Below are positions 8,827 through 17,318 of a stretch of 33,286 nt of DNA, in pieces. The position numbers and the translations under genes were made by a program. Below the pieces are notes generated by a model, which made no database searches, was not told the DNA's origin, and saw only the letters and a program-made list of their open reading frames with translations. Source of the DNA: Polyangia bacterium (lineage in GTDB: Bacteria > Myxococcota_A > Polyangia > Fen-1088). Within the stretch, counting starts at the first letter, position 1. Every line of letters begins with the position of its first letter. Where the stretch lies: positions 1 through 33,286 of the forward strand of contig DASZVW010000179.1 in NCBI GenBank assembly GCA_035546895.1. The letters are read 5' to 3'.

Positions 8827-9375
8827 CTAGGAGTCCTTCGCGGCCGAGAGAAATGCCGCCAGATCCTTCACCGCCTTCATCGCTTCGTTCCATCTCTCCG
8901 TTCGCCCGCCCGACTGCCACCGCGTAGCGACATTCTCAGCGACCTTCTTCACGCTAGAGATCGTGTCAATCCCGGCTTCCATCTTTAGGTCGTGGGTGAT
9001 TACGCTGATAATTCTATCCTCAGCGTCGTTCAAGTAGAACCCAGCCATCCAATAGGAGGAGCGTCGCTCTTGTTCGTAGTTGACGCGGTTGTGTTGAATC
9101 AGTTCGTCGAGTATTCGCTCTCCGTGTTGGACTTGGATCTTGCCGTCGCGATCGGTCTCCGCCGCGATTTCCGCGCTCTGTTGGATCAGCGGAATCGCTC
9201 GCCACAGAGCAAAGCCTGCCCCAACAAGGCGATTCCAGGCGTACCCCCGGGAGCGAAGATTCTTGGACCATGTGTTTTCTGCGCGCTCGCTGAGAGCACG
9301 CAAGTCTACAAGCACGTTTGAAATCTCCGCTCGTTGAACGATGACTCTTCGATCGCTTTCGGGACTGTAGGCCAT
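8827..9375 (-). CDS. Hypothetical protein (orphan, noticeably lower GC)
   Basis: 182-codon ORF with ATG at 9375 and a balanced, helical-looking composition. No family was recognised. Confidence 0.65.
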   Translation of the reverse strand: MAYSPESDRRVIVQRAEISNVLVDLRALSERAENTWSKNLRSRGYAWNRLVGAGFALWRAIPLIQQSAEIAAETDRDGKIQVQHGERILDELIQHNRVNYEQERRSSYWMAGFYLNDAEDRIISVITHDLKMEAGIDTISSVKKVAENVATRWQSGGRTERWNEAMKAVKDLAAFLSAAKDS

Positions 9376-9437
9376 CGGAGGAGTCTAGCGACTCTCGCCA
9401 CTCTCGGCATCCCGTATTAGCCCGTATCGAAAGCGGT

Positions 9438-9465
9438 TTGACCAGCGGAGAGCCTACGGTAGGGT
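9438..9465 (+). promoter_or_regulatory. Candidate sigma70-type promoter (TTGACC-16 nt-TAGGGT), 9 nt before ATG 9475
   Basis: TTGACC at 9438-9443 and TAGGGT at 9460-9465. No SD-like sequence lies between the -10 and the ATG, so the mRNA could be leaderless or short-leader. Confidence 0.3.
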
Positions 9466-9474
9466 GCGGACTTC

Positions 9475-9855
9475 ATGAGTACTGTCGAGACCCTGGTTGA
9501 AGAGTTCACGAGCCGCCTCGGAGCTCTCTTGGAGAGCCAGACCCTTGAGCGCGCCCGGCTTGCGGTTGCTAGCGCTTTCGGTGGTGGGCGACTCGGACGT
9601 CCTCCGAAGCTATCGGGAGCCGCTTTCGGCGGGACATCCAGAAAGAGACCCCCGAGACAACTGTGTCCCGTTCCGGGCTGTAAGAACCCGGCCGCGCCGA
9701 TCTTTGGGATGGTGTGCGCCGAGCACAAGGACGTCGCGAAGGCGAAGATCAAGAAGTACCGAGAGGCCCGCCGCGCCGCGAAGCTAGGACCAAGCAAATC
9801 GAAGTCGGCACGGGCCGGGGCGAAGAAGAAGAACCGTTCGATCCCACGCAGCTAA
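9475..9855 (+). CDS. Small basic protein with a CCCH knuckle and a Lys/Arg-rich tail (possible DNA-binding protein)
   Basis: ATG at 9475. The motif is QLCPVPGCKNPAAPIFGMVCAEHK, followed by KAKIKKYREARRAAKLGPSKSKSARAGAKKKNRS. Confidence 0.6.
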   Translation: MSTVETLVEEFTSRLGALLESQTLERARLAVASAFGGGRLGRPPKLSGAAFGGTSRKRPPRQLCPVPGCKNPAAPIFGMVCAEHKDVAKAKIKKYREARRAAKLGPSKSKSARAGAKKKNRSIPRS

Positions 9856-9870
9856 CCTACCTCGTACCTC

Positions 9871-11925
9871 TCACGATGGTCTTCCGGCGTTGCGGCGCCG
9901 TCGCCGATGCCTGGTGTGCTGCTGGTCGGCGTCCTGAGTGAAGGAACAGGTCGGGTAGTTCGAGCAGGCCCAGAAGGCACCGCTCTTCCCGGGGCGCTTT
10001 CGGAGCGAGCCGCTACAGCCTGGCGAGCGGCAGGGTCGAATCTCGACGGCAGGGAGATTCAGCGGCCCCGCGCTCTTGGCCCGGGCGACGAGCTCGCCGA
10101 GCTGCTTTCGGACGGCGTGAAGGAATCCGTCGAGCGGAGCCTGGCCGTCCTGGACCTTTCGAAGTGTCGACTCCCAGAGCGCGGTCATGTCCGGCTGCGT
10201 GGCGACGGACGGAAGAGATCGGATGAGCGCCCGCGCCGTCGGTGTCGAGTAAATCTGGCGCTTGTTCTCTTCGACGTACTTGCGATCGAACAGGCGCTGG
10301 ATGATCGCTGCTTGTGTCGCTGGTGTTCCTATCCCGTCGGTCTCGCGGAGAAGAGCCTTGATCCGAGGGTCCGAAACGTACCGAGCGATTCCGGTCATCG
10401 CCTGGACGAGGCTAGCGGCCGTGAATCTACGCGGTGGCTTCGTCTTCTTGGCAACGATGCGCGTCTGGGCGACGCGCAGGACCTGCCCACGTTGGAGGGG
10501 CGGAATGGGAGAGTGGGGGTCGACATCGTTCTCTGCGGCTGGAGCGTCGGGATCATTTCCGCCGCCCTGCTCATCATCCGTGAGAGCCTCATAAAGGCGG
10601 CGCCACCCCGGAGCAATCGGCTGACGGCCGGTGGCGATGAGGCGTTCTCCAGCGACGATGAGTTCTGCCTCGAGCTGGTGGTACTCGAAGGGTGGACAAA
10701 ATTGCGCGAGGTAGCGTCGAGCGATGAGGTCGTAGACAGCGAGCTCGTCTTTCGACAGCCCTCCCGACTTCTCGGGTCGCGGAGTCGGAATGATCGCGTG
10801 GTGAGCCGTGACTTTCGCGTCGCTCCACGCCTTCGAACGAATCGAAACGTCCGCCGCGGCGGCCGCGGCAGCGATCTGAGGGTCGACGACGGCGATCGCC
10901 CGGACGACATCGGTCGCCTGGGCGAGGTGGCCTTCCGGCAAATGGGAGCAATCCGAGCGGGGGTAAGTGACGAGACGGTGCGTTTCGTAAAGCGCCTGGC
11001 AGACGTCGAGGACGGTCTTGGGATTGAGCCCCAGCTTGCGACCTGCGTCGATCTGGAGGTCCGACAGCGAGTACGGCAGCGGGGCGGCCTCGGACTTCTT
11101 CTCGCGGGTCGCCTTCACCACCGTAGCCGGTTGGCCCGCGATCTTGCGGTCGATGGCGCCGGCAACGGCGCTGCTCACGAGCCGCCTCTCATCGTCGAGG
11201 GCCGAGTCGGCCGCCGGGCCCGGCCGCCAGCTGGCAGCGAAGGGATGGGCGGCGCCGGCGACGTCGGCGACGATCGAGAAGTAAGGCTTCGCGACGAAGT
11301 TCTCGATTTCGAGGTCGCGCCGGACGATCAGACCGAGGAGGGGCGTCTGCACGCGGCCGACGGAGAGGACGCCGTCCTGATAGCCGGCTTGTCGGCCGAG
11401 GACGGTGTAGAGCCTGGTCATGTTGATGCCGTACATCCAGTCGGCGCGCTGGCGGCCGAGCGCGGCGTCGTAGAGGGAGCGGAAGTTGGAGTTGGGCTGG
11501 AGGGCGCCGAGGGCCTTGCGTACCGCACTCGGATTGAGGTCGCTGATGAGGATGCGCTCCACCCGCCCGCGAAAGCCGAGGTATTGGAGGACCTCGTCGA
11601 CGAGCAGTTGGCCCTCGCGGTCCGGGTCGCCGGCGTTGACCACGACGTCGACGCGAGGGAGGAGGGCCTTGATGGTCTTGAGCAAGTCGGGCGTCTTGAC
11701 GGCGAGCTTCCATTCGGTCGGCGTGATCGGAAGGTGCTCGAGCTGCCAGCTCTTGAAAGCAGGGTCGTAGGCGTCTGCCTCCGCGAGCTCGAGGATGTGG
11801 CCTGCGCACCAAGCGACCAGGTCGGCTCCGCATTCGATGTAGTTGTCGCGACGCTGTGGCTGCGGAAGGACGTCAGCGATCGCGCGGGCGAGGGACGGCT
11901 TCTCGGCGACGAAGAGACGGCGCAT
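9871..11925 (-). CDS. topB: DNA topoisomerase III
   Basis: ATG at 11925 follows GGAG. It has a Toprim N-terminus (MRRLFVAEKPSLARAIA ... NAGDPDREGQLLVDEV), an active-site Tyr region (HRLVTYPRSDC) and a C-terminal zinc ribbon (CRSPGCSGSL ... FWACSNYPTCSF). Confidence 0.95.
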   Translation of the reverse strand: MRRLFVAEKPSLARAIADVLPQPQRRDNYIECGADLVAWCAGHILELAEADAYDPAFKSWQLEHLPITPTEWKLAVKTPDLLKTIKALLPRVDVVVNAGDPDREGQLLVDEVLQYLGFRGRVERILISDLNPSAVRKALGALQPNSNFRSLYDAALGRQRADWMYGINMTRLYTVLGRQAGYQDGVLSVGRVQTPLLGLIVRRDLEIENFVAKPYFSIVADVAGAAHPFAASWRPGPAADSALDDERRLVSSAVAGAIDRKIAGQPATVVKATREKKSEAAPLPYSLSDLQIDAGRKLGLNPKTVLDVCQALYETHRLVTYPRSDCSHLPEGHLAQATDVVRAIAVVDPQIAAAAAAADVSIRSKAWSDAKVTAHHAIIPTPRPEKSGGLSKDELAVYDLIARRYLAQFCPPFEYHQLEAELIVAGERLIATGRQPIAPGWRRLYEALTDDEQGGGNDPDAPAAENDVDPHSPIPPLQRGQVLRVAQTRIVAKKTKPPRRFTAASLVQAMTGIARYVSDPRIKALLRETDGIGTPATQAAIIQRLFDRKYVEENKRQIYSTPTARALIRSLPSVATQPDMTALWESTLRKVQDGQAPLDGFLHAVRKQLGELVARAKSAGPLNLPAVEIRPCRSPGCSGSLRKRPGKSGAFWACSNYPTCSFTQDADQQHTRHRRRRRNAGRPS

Positions 11926-12027
11926 TGGTCAGGACTCCAGTGGTTGGTCAATCAGGTTGTCGAAGAGTTCGAATGCGCGTTCGATGACGGACGGTGGGAG
12001 GCCTTGGGTTGTTGGAACCGCGCCGGA

Positions 12028-12777
12028 TCAGTTGAGGCGGATGGCGCCCTCGGCCAGGGCCCGGCGACTGAAGGTCGGATGCGACGCGACTGGGAAGGAG
12101 GTACCGTCGAACACCCGGACGCTCTCGGAGTGGACGCGCGACAACAGACGGACTTGGCCGTCGCTCCAGTTCTCCAGGTGGTGATAGAGAAGTCCCCTGA
12201 CCTCGGCGGTGGCGCCTACGCAGAGGGCCGGCTCGAGCGCGTCGCCCCAGAAGACGACGTCATGGGTTGCCGGGAAAGGAGAGCGGGTCGAAACGGTGAC
12301 CCGGGGGAGGCCGTCGTCGTTCTCGATCGCGATGACCTTCCCGACCAGGTGGATCTGGTTTTGGGCATAGGTTTCGAGCTTGGGAGGAGGGCAGTCGTGC
12401 GGCCGCTCGAGCTCGGGAAGCGCCAGGACGCGCGCGAATATCTGGCGCGCCGTGGGCGCGGGGTGGATCACTGTCGCGCTGCGAACGGAAATCTTGGCGA
12501 TGCGCTGGTAGAGGTCTCGTCGCGCGCGACTGTTCACCAGGAGGGGACCGTCGACGCGCACGGCGGCGCCGTCGCGAATGGTCTTCGCGAGCTGCGATGC
12601 CGTCTCGCCGACAGCGATGCAGCGCTGTCTATCAGCGATGTCACGGCCGGGATTGAACTCGGCGGTGGTGTTCAAGTAGAACTTGAGCACAGGCCGACCG
12701 ACTCGGTTGAGTTCGAGTTCGAGTATCTCGTCGACGATTCCGGCGATGGTGGCGCAGTTGGCGTGTACGGGCTTCAT
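12028..12777 (-). CDS. Hypothetical protein with two SSB-like OB-fold halves
   Basis: ATG at 12777 follows GAGGAG. Both halves follow the SSB-type pattern (NCATIAGIVDE...VLKFYLNT...CIAVGETASQLAKTIRDGAAVRVDGPLLVNS and QIHLVGKVIAIEND...VVFWGDALEPALCVGATAEVRGLLYHH). There is no acidic C-terminal tip. Confidence 0.6.
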   Translation of the reverse strand: MKPVHANCATIAGIVDEILELELNRVGRPVLKFYLNTTAEFNPGRDIADRQRCIAVGETASQLAKTIRDGAAVRVDGPLLVNSRARRDLYQRIAKISVRSATVIHPAPTARQIFARVLALPELERPHDCPPPKLETYAQNQIHLVGKVIAIENDDGLPRVTVSTRSPFPATHDVVFWGDALEPALCVGATAEVRGLLYHHLENWSDGQVRLLSRVHSESVRVFDGTSFPVASHPTFSRRALAEGAIRLN

Positions 12778-12861
12778 GACTTGATGCTCCTCGGATGGGT
12801 GTGAAGGGTGGGAATGGGCAAGAAGAGAGCCGGGCGCGGTCAGCCCGCGCCCGGCGGTGTG

Positions 12862-13626
12862 TCACATGCCGCGTTCGACGCTCTTGCCGCGCTGGCGGCC
12901 GCGCGCGCGAGCTGGCGGGGGCGGCGTGGCCGGCTCGCGCTCGGGTGCCTTGGCCTGCTCCGACGCCTGCTGCCGCTCCTGGGTGCGCTCGAGGACCTGG
13001 AACTGCCGGCAGTCGATGCCGGACAGGCGGCGCTCGACGCCCTCGGGGCCTGGGATGCTCTTGTGGCGGACGGAGCCGTTCACGGAGATCGTGTCGCCGG
13101 CGCTGATCTCCTTGAGCGCGAGCTCGCCGGTCTTGCCCCACATGGTGACGTTGTGCCAGTCGTCGCGCTCCTTGCCGTTCTGGACGGTCGTCGTCGCGAC
13201 GCTGACGGCAGTGAGGGTCGCGCCGCTCTGGAGGGTCTTCTGCTCGACGCTCCGAACGACACCGATGAGCTGGGCCTCGTTCATCGAGGTGAAGTTCTCG
13301 ATGGCGGGGGCAGCCGAGTCGATGTGCAGCTCCAGGACGCGGTGTTTGGCCCCGTCCTTCTCGTAGCTGTTGACCCGGAGCGATCCGGTGAGGCTGACGC
13401 CCTTGCCCTTGTCGAAGTCGGCGGCGACCTTCTCGGCCATATCGCCCCAGGCGACTGCGCGAGTCCATTGGGTGTCCTCGCGGATGTTTCCGCCCCGGTC
13501 GGTGTAGCGCTCCGAGGTGGCAATGTTGAGACGGGCGAATTTCACGCCCTCACTGGTCTCGCCGAGCTCCGGTTTCTGGCCGAGGCGGCCGACGAGGGTT
13601 GCGGTGCTGATGTGTTCACGGTTCAT
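12862..13626 (-). CDS. ssb: Single-stranded DNA-binding protein with two tandem OB folds
   Basis: ATG at 13626 follows AAGGAGA. OB1 is ATLVGRLGQKPELGET..GVKFARLNIATSERY...TQWTRAVAWGDMAEKVAADFDKGKGVSLTGSLRVNSYEKDG. OB2 is QLIGVVRSVEQK...DDWHNVTMWGKTGELALKEISAGDTISVNGSVRHK. The tail is basic and Pro-rich rather than the usual acidic tip. Confidence 0.85.
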   Translation of the reverse strand: MNREHISTATLVGRLGQKPELGETSEGVKFARLNIATSERYTDRGGNIREDTQWTRAVAWGDMAEKVAADFDKGKGVSLTGSLRVNSYEKDGAKHRVLELHIDSAAPAIENFTSMNEAQLIGVVRSVEQKTLQSGATLTAVSVATTTVQNGKERDDWHNVTMWGKTGELALKEISAGDTISVNGSVRHKSIPGPEGVERRLSGIDCRQFQVLERTQERQQASEQAKAPEREPATPPPPARARGRQRGKSVERGM

Positions 13627-13684
13627 GGTGGTCTCCTTGCTGGTGGTGGGGAACAGGTGCGTGGCAAAAGCGGGGGCGCTACGG

Positions 13685-14107
13685 TCAGCGGCGGGCGAGC
13701 AGAGGCGCGATGTCGACGCCGAGGCAGAGGAGCGCGTCGTTGACGTCCTCGTGCGAGTAACCGTCGTCGATCAGAGCGACGAGCTCCGGCGCGAGCCGCA
13801 TGACGAGGCCCCAGGTGTTCAGGACCGGGGTGACGCCGCGGTAGCGGGCGAGTGCCCTCAGCTTCTTGGAGATCTTTTCCGCGTCCGCGATGGAGTAAGC
13901 CGGCTGGGCGCGGGCCTCGGCCAGAGTGACGGTAGTACCGAGCGACCCCTCGTCGATCGCTCGGCCGAGAATCCGCGCCAACAGCGCCCCCGCGAGCCGG
14001 ACGGAGTCGATGCAGTCCGACAGGTGGTGAACTTCAGGAAGGCGCTCCGAGAGCTTGCCGACATGCTCGTCGAGCTCCTTTGAAAACACGGAGTCGGCGG
14101 ACTTCAT
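13685..14107 (-). CDS. Hypothetical protein, translationally coupled to trbI
   Basis: ATG at 14107 overlaps the trbI stop as ATGA, and AAGGAGG lies upstream. No family was recognised. Confidence 0.6.
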   Translation of the reverse strand: MKSADSVFSKELDEHVGKLSERLPEVHHLSDCIDSVRLAGALLARILGRAIDEGSLGTTVTLAEARAQPAYSIADAEKISKKLRALARYRGVTPVLNTWGLVMRLAPELVALIDDGYSHEDVNDALLCLGVDIAPLLARR

Positions 14108-15549
14108 CGGGGACCTCCTTGGTTGGTGTAGGGCGGGAAGACGATGTCCTTGGTGACGATGACGTTGACGCTGTAGCCAGCGCGGACGGTGATGGTTGGT
14201 TGAATGGCGAGGTTCTTCTGCGTGATCTGCTGGCCCGCCGTGTTGACCGCGCCGCCGGCGTTGGCGGCCCAGCCCTGGGCGATCGTGGGCTGGTACCCGC
14301 TTGGGTTGCCGGCCGCGCGCTCAGCGGTGGCAGAGAGCAAGGTGCCGAGCGCGACGCCGGTGATGATTCGCCACCAGTGGTGGTTGACCTCGTCGGCGAT
14401 GCCGGAGGCCCCAGCGAGGTCGGCTCCTGGCATGCACTCGAGGGAGATCGAGATGCCATCCGGCCTGATGACGCGGTTCCAGCAGAGAAGAACGCGCTCC
14501 TGGCCGTAGGAGACCGCCGAGTCGTACGTGGCCAGGAGCTTCGACCCCTGCGGGATGATCAGGTAGTTGCCGGAGACCGTGTCGTACACGTTCTCTCGGA
14601 CCTGGCCGATGATGGTGCCTGGCAGATCGCTGTTGATGGGCGTGAGAAGCGTCGTCGGGATGATGGTGCCGGCCTTCACCTCGAAGGGGCTCCTGGGCAT
14701 GATGACGGGCTGGTTGAGATAGGTCGCGGTGTTGACGCCGTCGCGCGCGAGGAAGTCCGACTTGTGCTGCTGCATGTTCGGATCACCAGTGCCAGCGCCT
14801 CCGAGCGGGAGCTGTTGCGGCGAGTCCGCTTTCGCGGTGCCGGGAGCGCCGGTGCCGGCGAGGAGAGCCGCGGCGGCGTTGGCGGCCGCGCCGCCTAGGG
14901 TGTCGGTGCCAGAGCCCTCGATGTCGACGAGAATCGACGAGCCGACGGCCTTCTGCCGCTCGTCGCGGATCGTCTCGCGCAAAGAGGAGTGGCCGAATGA
15001 ACCGGCGCCGCGGCGCTCGGCTGTCGGTGCTTGATCGTCTGGAAGATCGGCACCGTGCAGGGGCTTGCCGAGCTTCGGGGGCTGGGGGTGGAGATCGGCG
15101 TTGTTGCCGGGAGCGTTCTCGACGGCCTCGGGGATGGGGACGCCCTTGGTCTGGCTGTCGGTGTCGGGCGCGGTGGCGGCGTGGGCTTGTTGAGAGCGGG
15201 GCGAGAAGGCAACCGCGGCCGCGAGTAGGACGGCGGCCGTGAGAGCCCCGCCGATGAGCAGAATTGGACCGCGGCGGAGGCTGCGGGCCTGGGGCTTCTC
15301 GAGCTGCAGGCCGGGGTGATCAGGTGGAAGCCGGGTAGCGTAAGTCATCTGGGTAGGCGGTTCCCCGTCCGCGCGCAGCTCGTCGCCGGCGTCGCCCGCG
15401 CCTCGAGCGCCCGTGTTCTCAGCGATGAGGTCGGGGTGCGCCTCGTGGCCCGGCGCCTGCGGAAGCGGGCGGAGGGGAACCGGCACGTCGCGGCTGCCGG
15501 TGTGCTCCAAGTCCGGCGGGAACATCGTGCGTGTTGTCGTGTCGTCCAT
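14104..15549 (-). CDS. trbI: Conjugal transfer protein TrbI (VirB10 family)
   Basis: ATG at 15549 follows GAGGAG. It has a Pro-rich N-terminus, one TM segment, and the conserved core GTIIPTTLLTPINSDLPGTIIGQVRENVYDTVSGNYLIIPQGSKLLATYDS...GQERVLLCWNRVIRPDG...DEVNHHW. Confidence 0.9.
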   Translation of the reverse strand: MDDTTTRTMFPPDLEHTGSRDVPVPLRPLPQAPGHEAHPDLIAENTGARGAGDAGDELRADGEPPTQMTYATRLPPDHPGLQLEKPQARSLRRGPILLIGGALTAAVLLAAAVAFSPRSQQAHAATAPDTDSQTKGVPIPEAVENAPGNNADLHPQPPKLGKPLHGADLPDDQAPTAERRGAGSFGHSSLRETIRDERQKAVGSSILVDIEGSGTDTLGGAAANAAAALLAGTGAPGTAKADSPQQLPLGGAGTGDPNMQQHKSDFLARDGVNTATYLNQPVIMPRSPFEVKAGTIIPTTLLTPINSDLPGTIIGQVRENVYDTVSGNYLIIPQGSKLLATYDSAVSYGQERVLLCWNRVIRPDGISISLECMPGADLAGASGIADEVNHHWWRIITGVALGTLLSATAERAAGNPSGYQPTIAQGWAANAGGAVNTAGQQITQKNLAIQPTITVRAGYSVNVIVTKDIVFPPYTNQGGPR

Positions 15550-15562
15550 GGTGGGCTCCTCG

Positions 15563-16549
15563 TTAACGGGTGCGGATGATCCGGACGATTTCTTGGTTCT
15601 GCTGGCCGATGCGCAGCTCCGCCGATTCGAAGAGGCGATCGACGATGTAGGTGTCGTTCTTCACGCGGTAGTTCACGAGCTGCGTATCGCCGGTGCTCGA
15701 GAGGACGAACAGCGCGGGCGCCTCGCGATCGAGCATCGCTTCGGGGAAGCGGATGTACGTCTTGTGCCCGTCGTCGAACACCTGCGCGGGCACCCATTGC
15801 GGGCGGCCGTTCATCACGGCGACGCCGTAGTTGAAATTGAGTCGGTCGACGGTGACGGCGGTCGGCGTGGCCGCGGCGCTGAGGGCCGCCTGCTGCTCAA
15901 GGCCTGCCTCCAGCTGAGCGGCGTCGTCCTGCGGGTAACGCCAGGCGACGGCGGCCATGTACGTGTCGTCGTACGAGTGCAGCTCGAGGATGTACGACCG
16001 GCGATCGGTGTTGAGCGCCAGGGTGGTTTCGAGATCGGGCCGCGTGGGCTTGATGTAGATGTGCGGCTGCTCGCTGCCGCCCGACGAGGACGCGCTCTTG
16101 GCGAGAATCCAGCGGACGTTGTCTCCGATGGCGGGCTTGCCCACGAGGTGCTCGCCGGGCTGCAGCTGGACGTCAGTGAGGTGCTCGGGGGCGGTGTAGA
16201 TTTGAAACAGCGTTCCCGGCGCGTAGTCGTAGGTCATGATAGCGTTGATGTACTCCTCGGCCTTGGGCCCCTCGGTGGCCTTCCGGTTGGCCTCGCGGAT
16301 GACGTCGGAGGGCCGGCGGCTGTGCGCCGCCGGCGTCGTGTGTCGGACCGCGACGGCCATCGGCACCGCGCTGTGCTTCAACTGGCCTGGCATGGGCATC
16401 ACCTTCGGAATCTCGACGACGACAGGCTTCGGCGGCGGGTCCTTCACCGGTTCGGCGCGCACGTAGTTCGGCGGCGGCTGTCGGCCGGCGCACGACAGCG
16501 CTGGCAGGAGGAAGAGGAGGGCGAGCGCTTGATGGGTCAGTCGGTTCAT
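15563..16549 (-). CDS. trbG: Conjugal transfer protein TrbG (VirB9 family), with signal peptide
   Basis: I trimmed the listed 544-aa ORF to ATG 16549, which overlaps the trbF stop as ATGA. The N-terminus is MNRLTHQALALLFLLPALSCAG. The core is YDYAPGTLFQIYTAPEHLTDVQLQPGE...GDNVRWIL...IYIKPTRPDLETTLALNTDRRSYILELHS. Confidence 0.9.
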   Translation of the reverse strand: MNRLTHQALALLFLLPALSCAGRQPPPNYVRAEPVKDPPPKPVVVEIPKVMPMPGQLKHSAVPMAVAVRHTTPAAHSRRPSDVIREANRKATEGPKAEEYINAIMTYDYAPGTLFQIYTAPEHLTDVQLQPGEHLVGKPAIGDNVRWILAKSASSSGGSEQPHIYIKPTRPDLETTLALNTDRRSYILELHSYDDTYMAAVAWRYPQDDAAQLEAGLEQQAALSAAATPTAVTVDRLNFNYGVAVMNGRPQWVPAQVFDDGHKTYIRFPEAMLDREAPALFVLSSTGDTQLVNYRVKNDTYIVDRLFESAELRIGQQNQEIVRIIRTR

Positions 16550-17268
16550 GGCGTTGTCCTTTCGGCGGCGATGGGTGTCGAGAGGCGGGCCCAATGGAGC
16601 TCGTCGATGTAGAGACCGAGCGGGTTGAGCGCGAGCTGATCGGCGTTCTCGGGGACGCGAAGGAGGACGTGAAACGTCCCGCGCCAGGCGGCGGTGCCTG
16701 TCGGGTTGCCGTGGTCGTCCCAGGTGGTCTCGGTCCAGTCGACCTGCCAGGTCTCCTGGGTGATCTGGACGATGACGGACACCTGCAGGCTGACGCGGAC
16801 TTGCGCCTGCAGCTGGTCGAACGGGTTGTGGTCGTGGACGTAGGCGTTGAGCTGGTTCGCGCCGTTCGACGTGACGAGCTTGTAGGCGTCGATCCAGTTG
16901 CGCTTGAGGACCGCGGGGTCGGAGGAGATCTCGCGGGTGTCGAAGATGAAGCGACGCAGGTGGTAGTGGAGCGACGCGGTCGAAGGCTTGAAGTCGCGCA
17001 GCGCGGCCTTGTCGAGCGGGCCGAGATAGGTGGGCTGTCCGAGCTTGTCGACCTCGACGATGTGGGGGATCGCCTTGGGCTGGGCGGCGAGGTAGAGGAG
17101 GCCGCAGCAGGCGAAGAACAGGAGGCCGATGAGAGCGAAGGTCGCGAGGCGCCAGTTGGCGGCCTGAACGGTGGCGGCTCCCATGCGGAGGTCCCACTCT
17201 TGGCGGGCCTTGAGGTAGGGGGTCTCAGCGGGTTCGGCGGGGCGCCAGGAGGGGCGAGAGTTTTTCAT
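16546..17268 (-). CDS. trbF: Conjugal transfer protein TrbF (VirB8-like)
   Basis: ATG at 17268 (the listed ORF starts one codon earlier at a GTG). It has a single TM segment (WRLATFALIGLLFFACCGLLYL) and the conserved end ALNPLGLYIDELHW. Confidence 0.9.
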   Translation of the reverse strand: MKNSRPSWRPAEPAETPYLKARQEWDLRMGAATVQAANWRLATFALIGLLFFACCGLLYLAAQPKAIPHIVEVDKLGQPTYLGPLDKAALRDFKPSTASLHYHLRRFIFDTREISSDPAVLKRNWIDAYKLVTSNGANQLNAYVHDHNPFDQLQAQVRVSLQVSVIVQITQETWQVDWTETTWDDHGNPTGTAAWRGTFHVLLRVPENADQLALNPLGLYIDELHWARLSTPIAAERTTP

Positions 17269-17274
17269 CACGCC

Positions 17275-17318
17275 CGAGTTGTCGAAAGGAGCCCCGAAAA
17301 AGGGACCTAAAATCGGAC
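17275..17318 (+). repeat. Conserved 44-nt intergenic motif, copy B
   Basis: CGAGTTGTCGAAAGGAGCCCCGAAAAAGGGACCTAAAATCGGAC. It fills nearly the whole gap between the trbL stop (17319) and the trbF start (17268), with 6 nt between the motif and the ATG. Confidence 0.7.

Noticed and set aside
11955-11967. Possible fifth copy of the 44-nt motif upstream of topB
   Set aside because: Only the left box (GGTTGTCGAAGAG) matches, and the remaining ~30 nt do not align. I mention it under the motif finding but did not annotate it as a copy.
9907-12804. 965-aa plus-strand ORF, the longest in the window
   Set aside because: It is antisense to topoisomerase III and the OB-fold gene, both of which carry clear family motifs. 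Its composition is R/G/D/V/A/L-rich with no recognisable domain. This is a typical shadow ORF of high-GC DNA.
15563-17197. 544-aa version of the trbG ORF
   Set aside because: The upstream 216 codons are R/P-rich junk that overlaps trbF in another frame. The ATG at 16549 gives a proper signal peptide and an ATGA overlap with the trbF stop.
17288-17312. Reading the 44-nt motif as an RNA hairpin or terminator (minus strand: GGUCCC-UUUUUC-GGGGCU)
   Set aside because: The pairing is good only in copy B, has a mismatch in copy A, and is absent in copy C. A conserved stem-loop is therefore not supported, and a DNA-level site or 5'-UTR sequence motif fits better.
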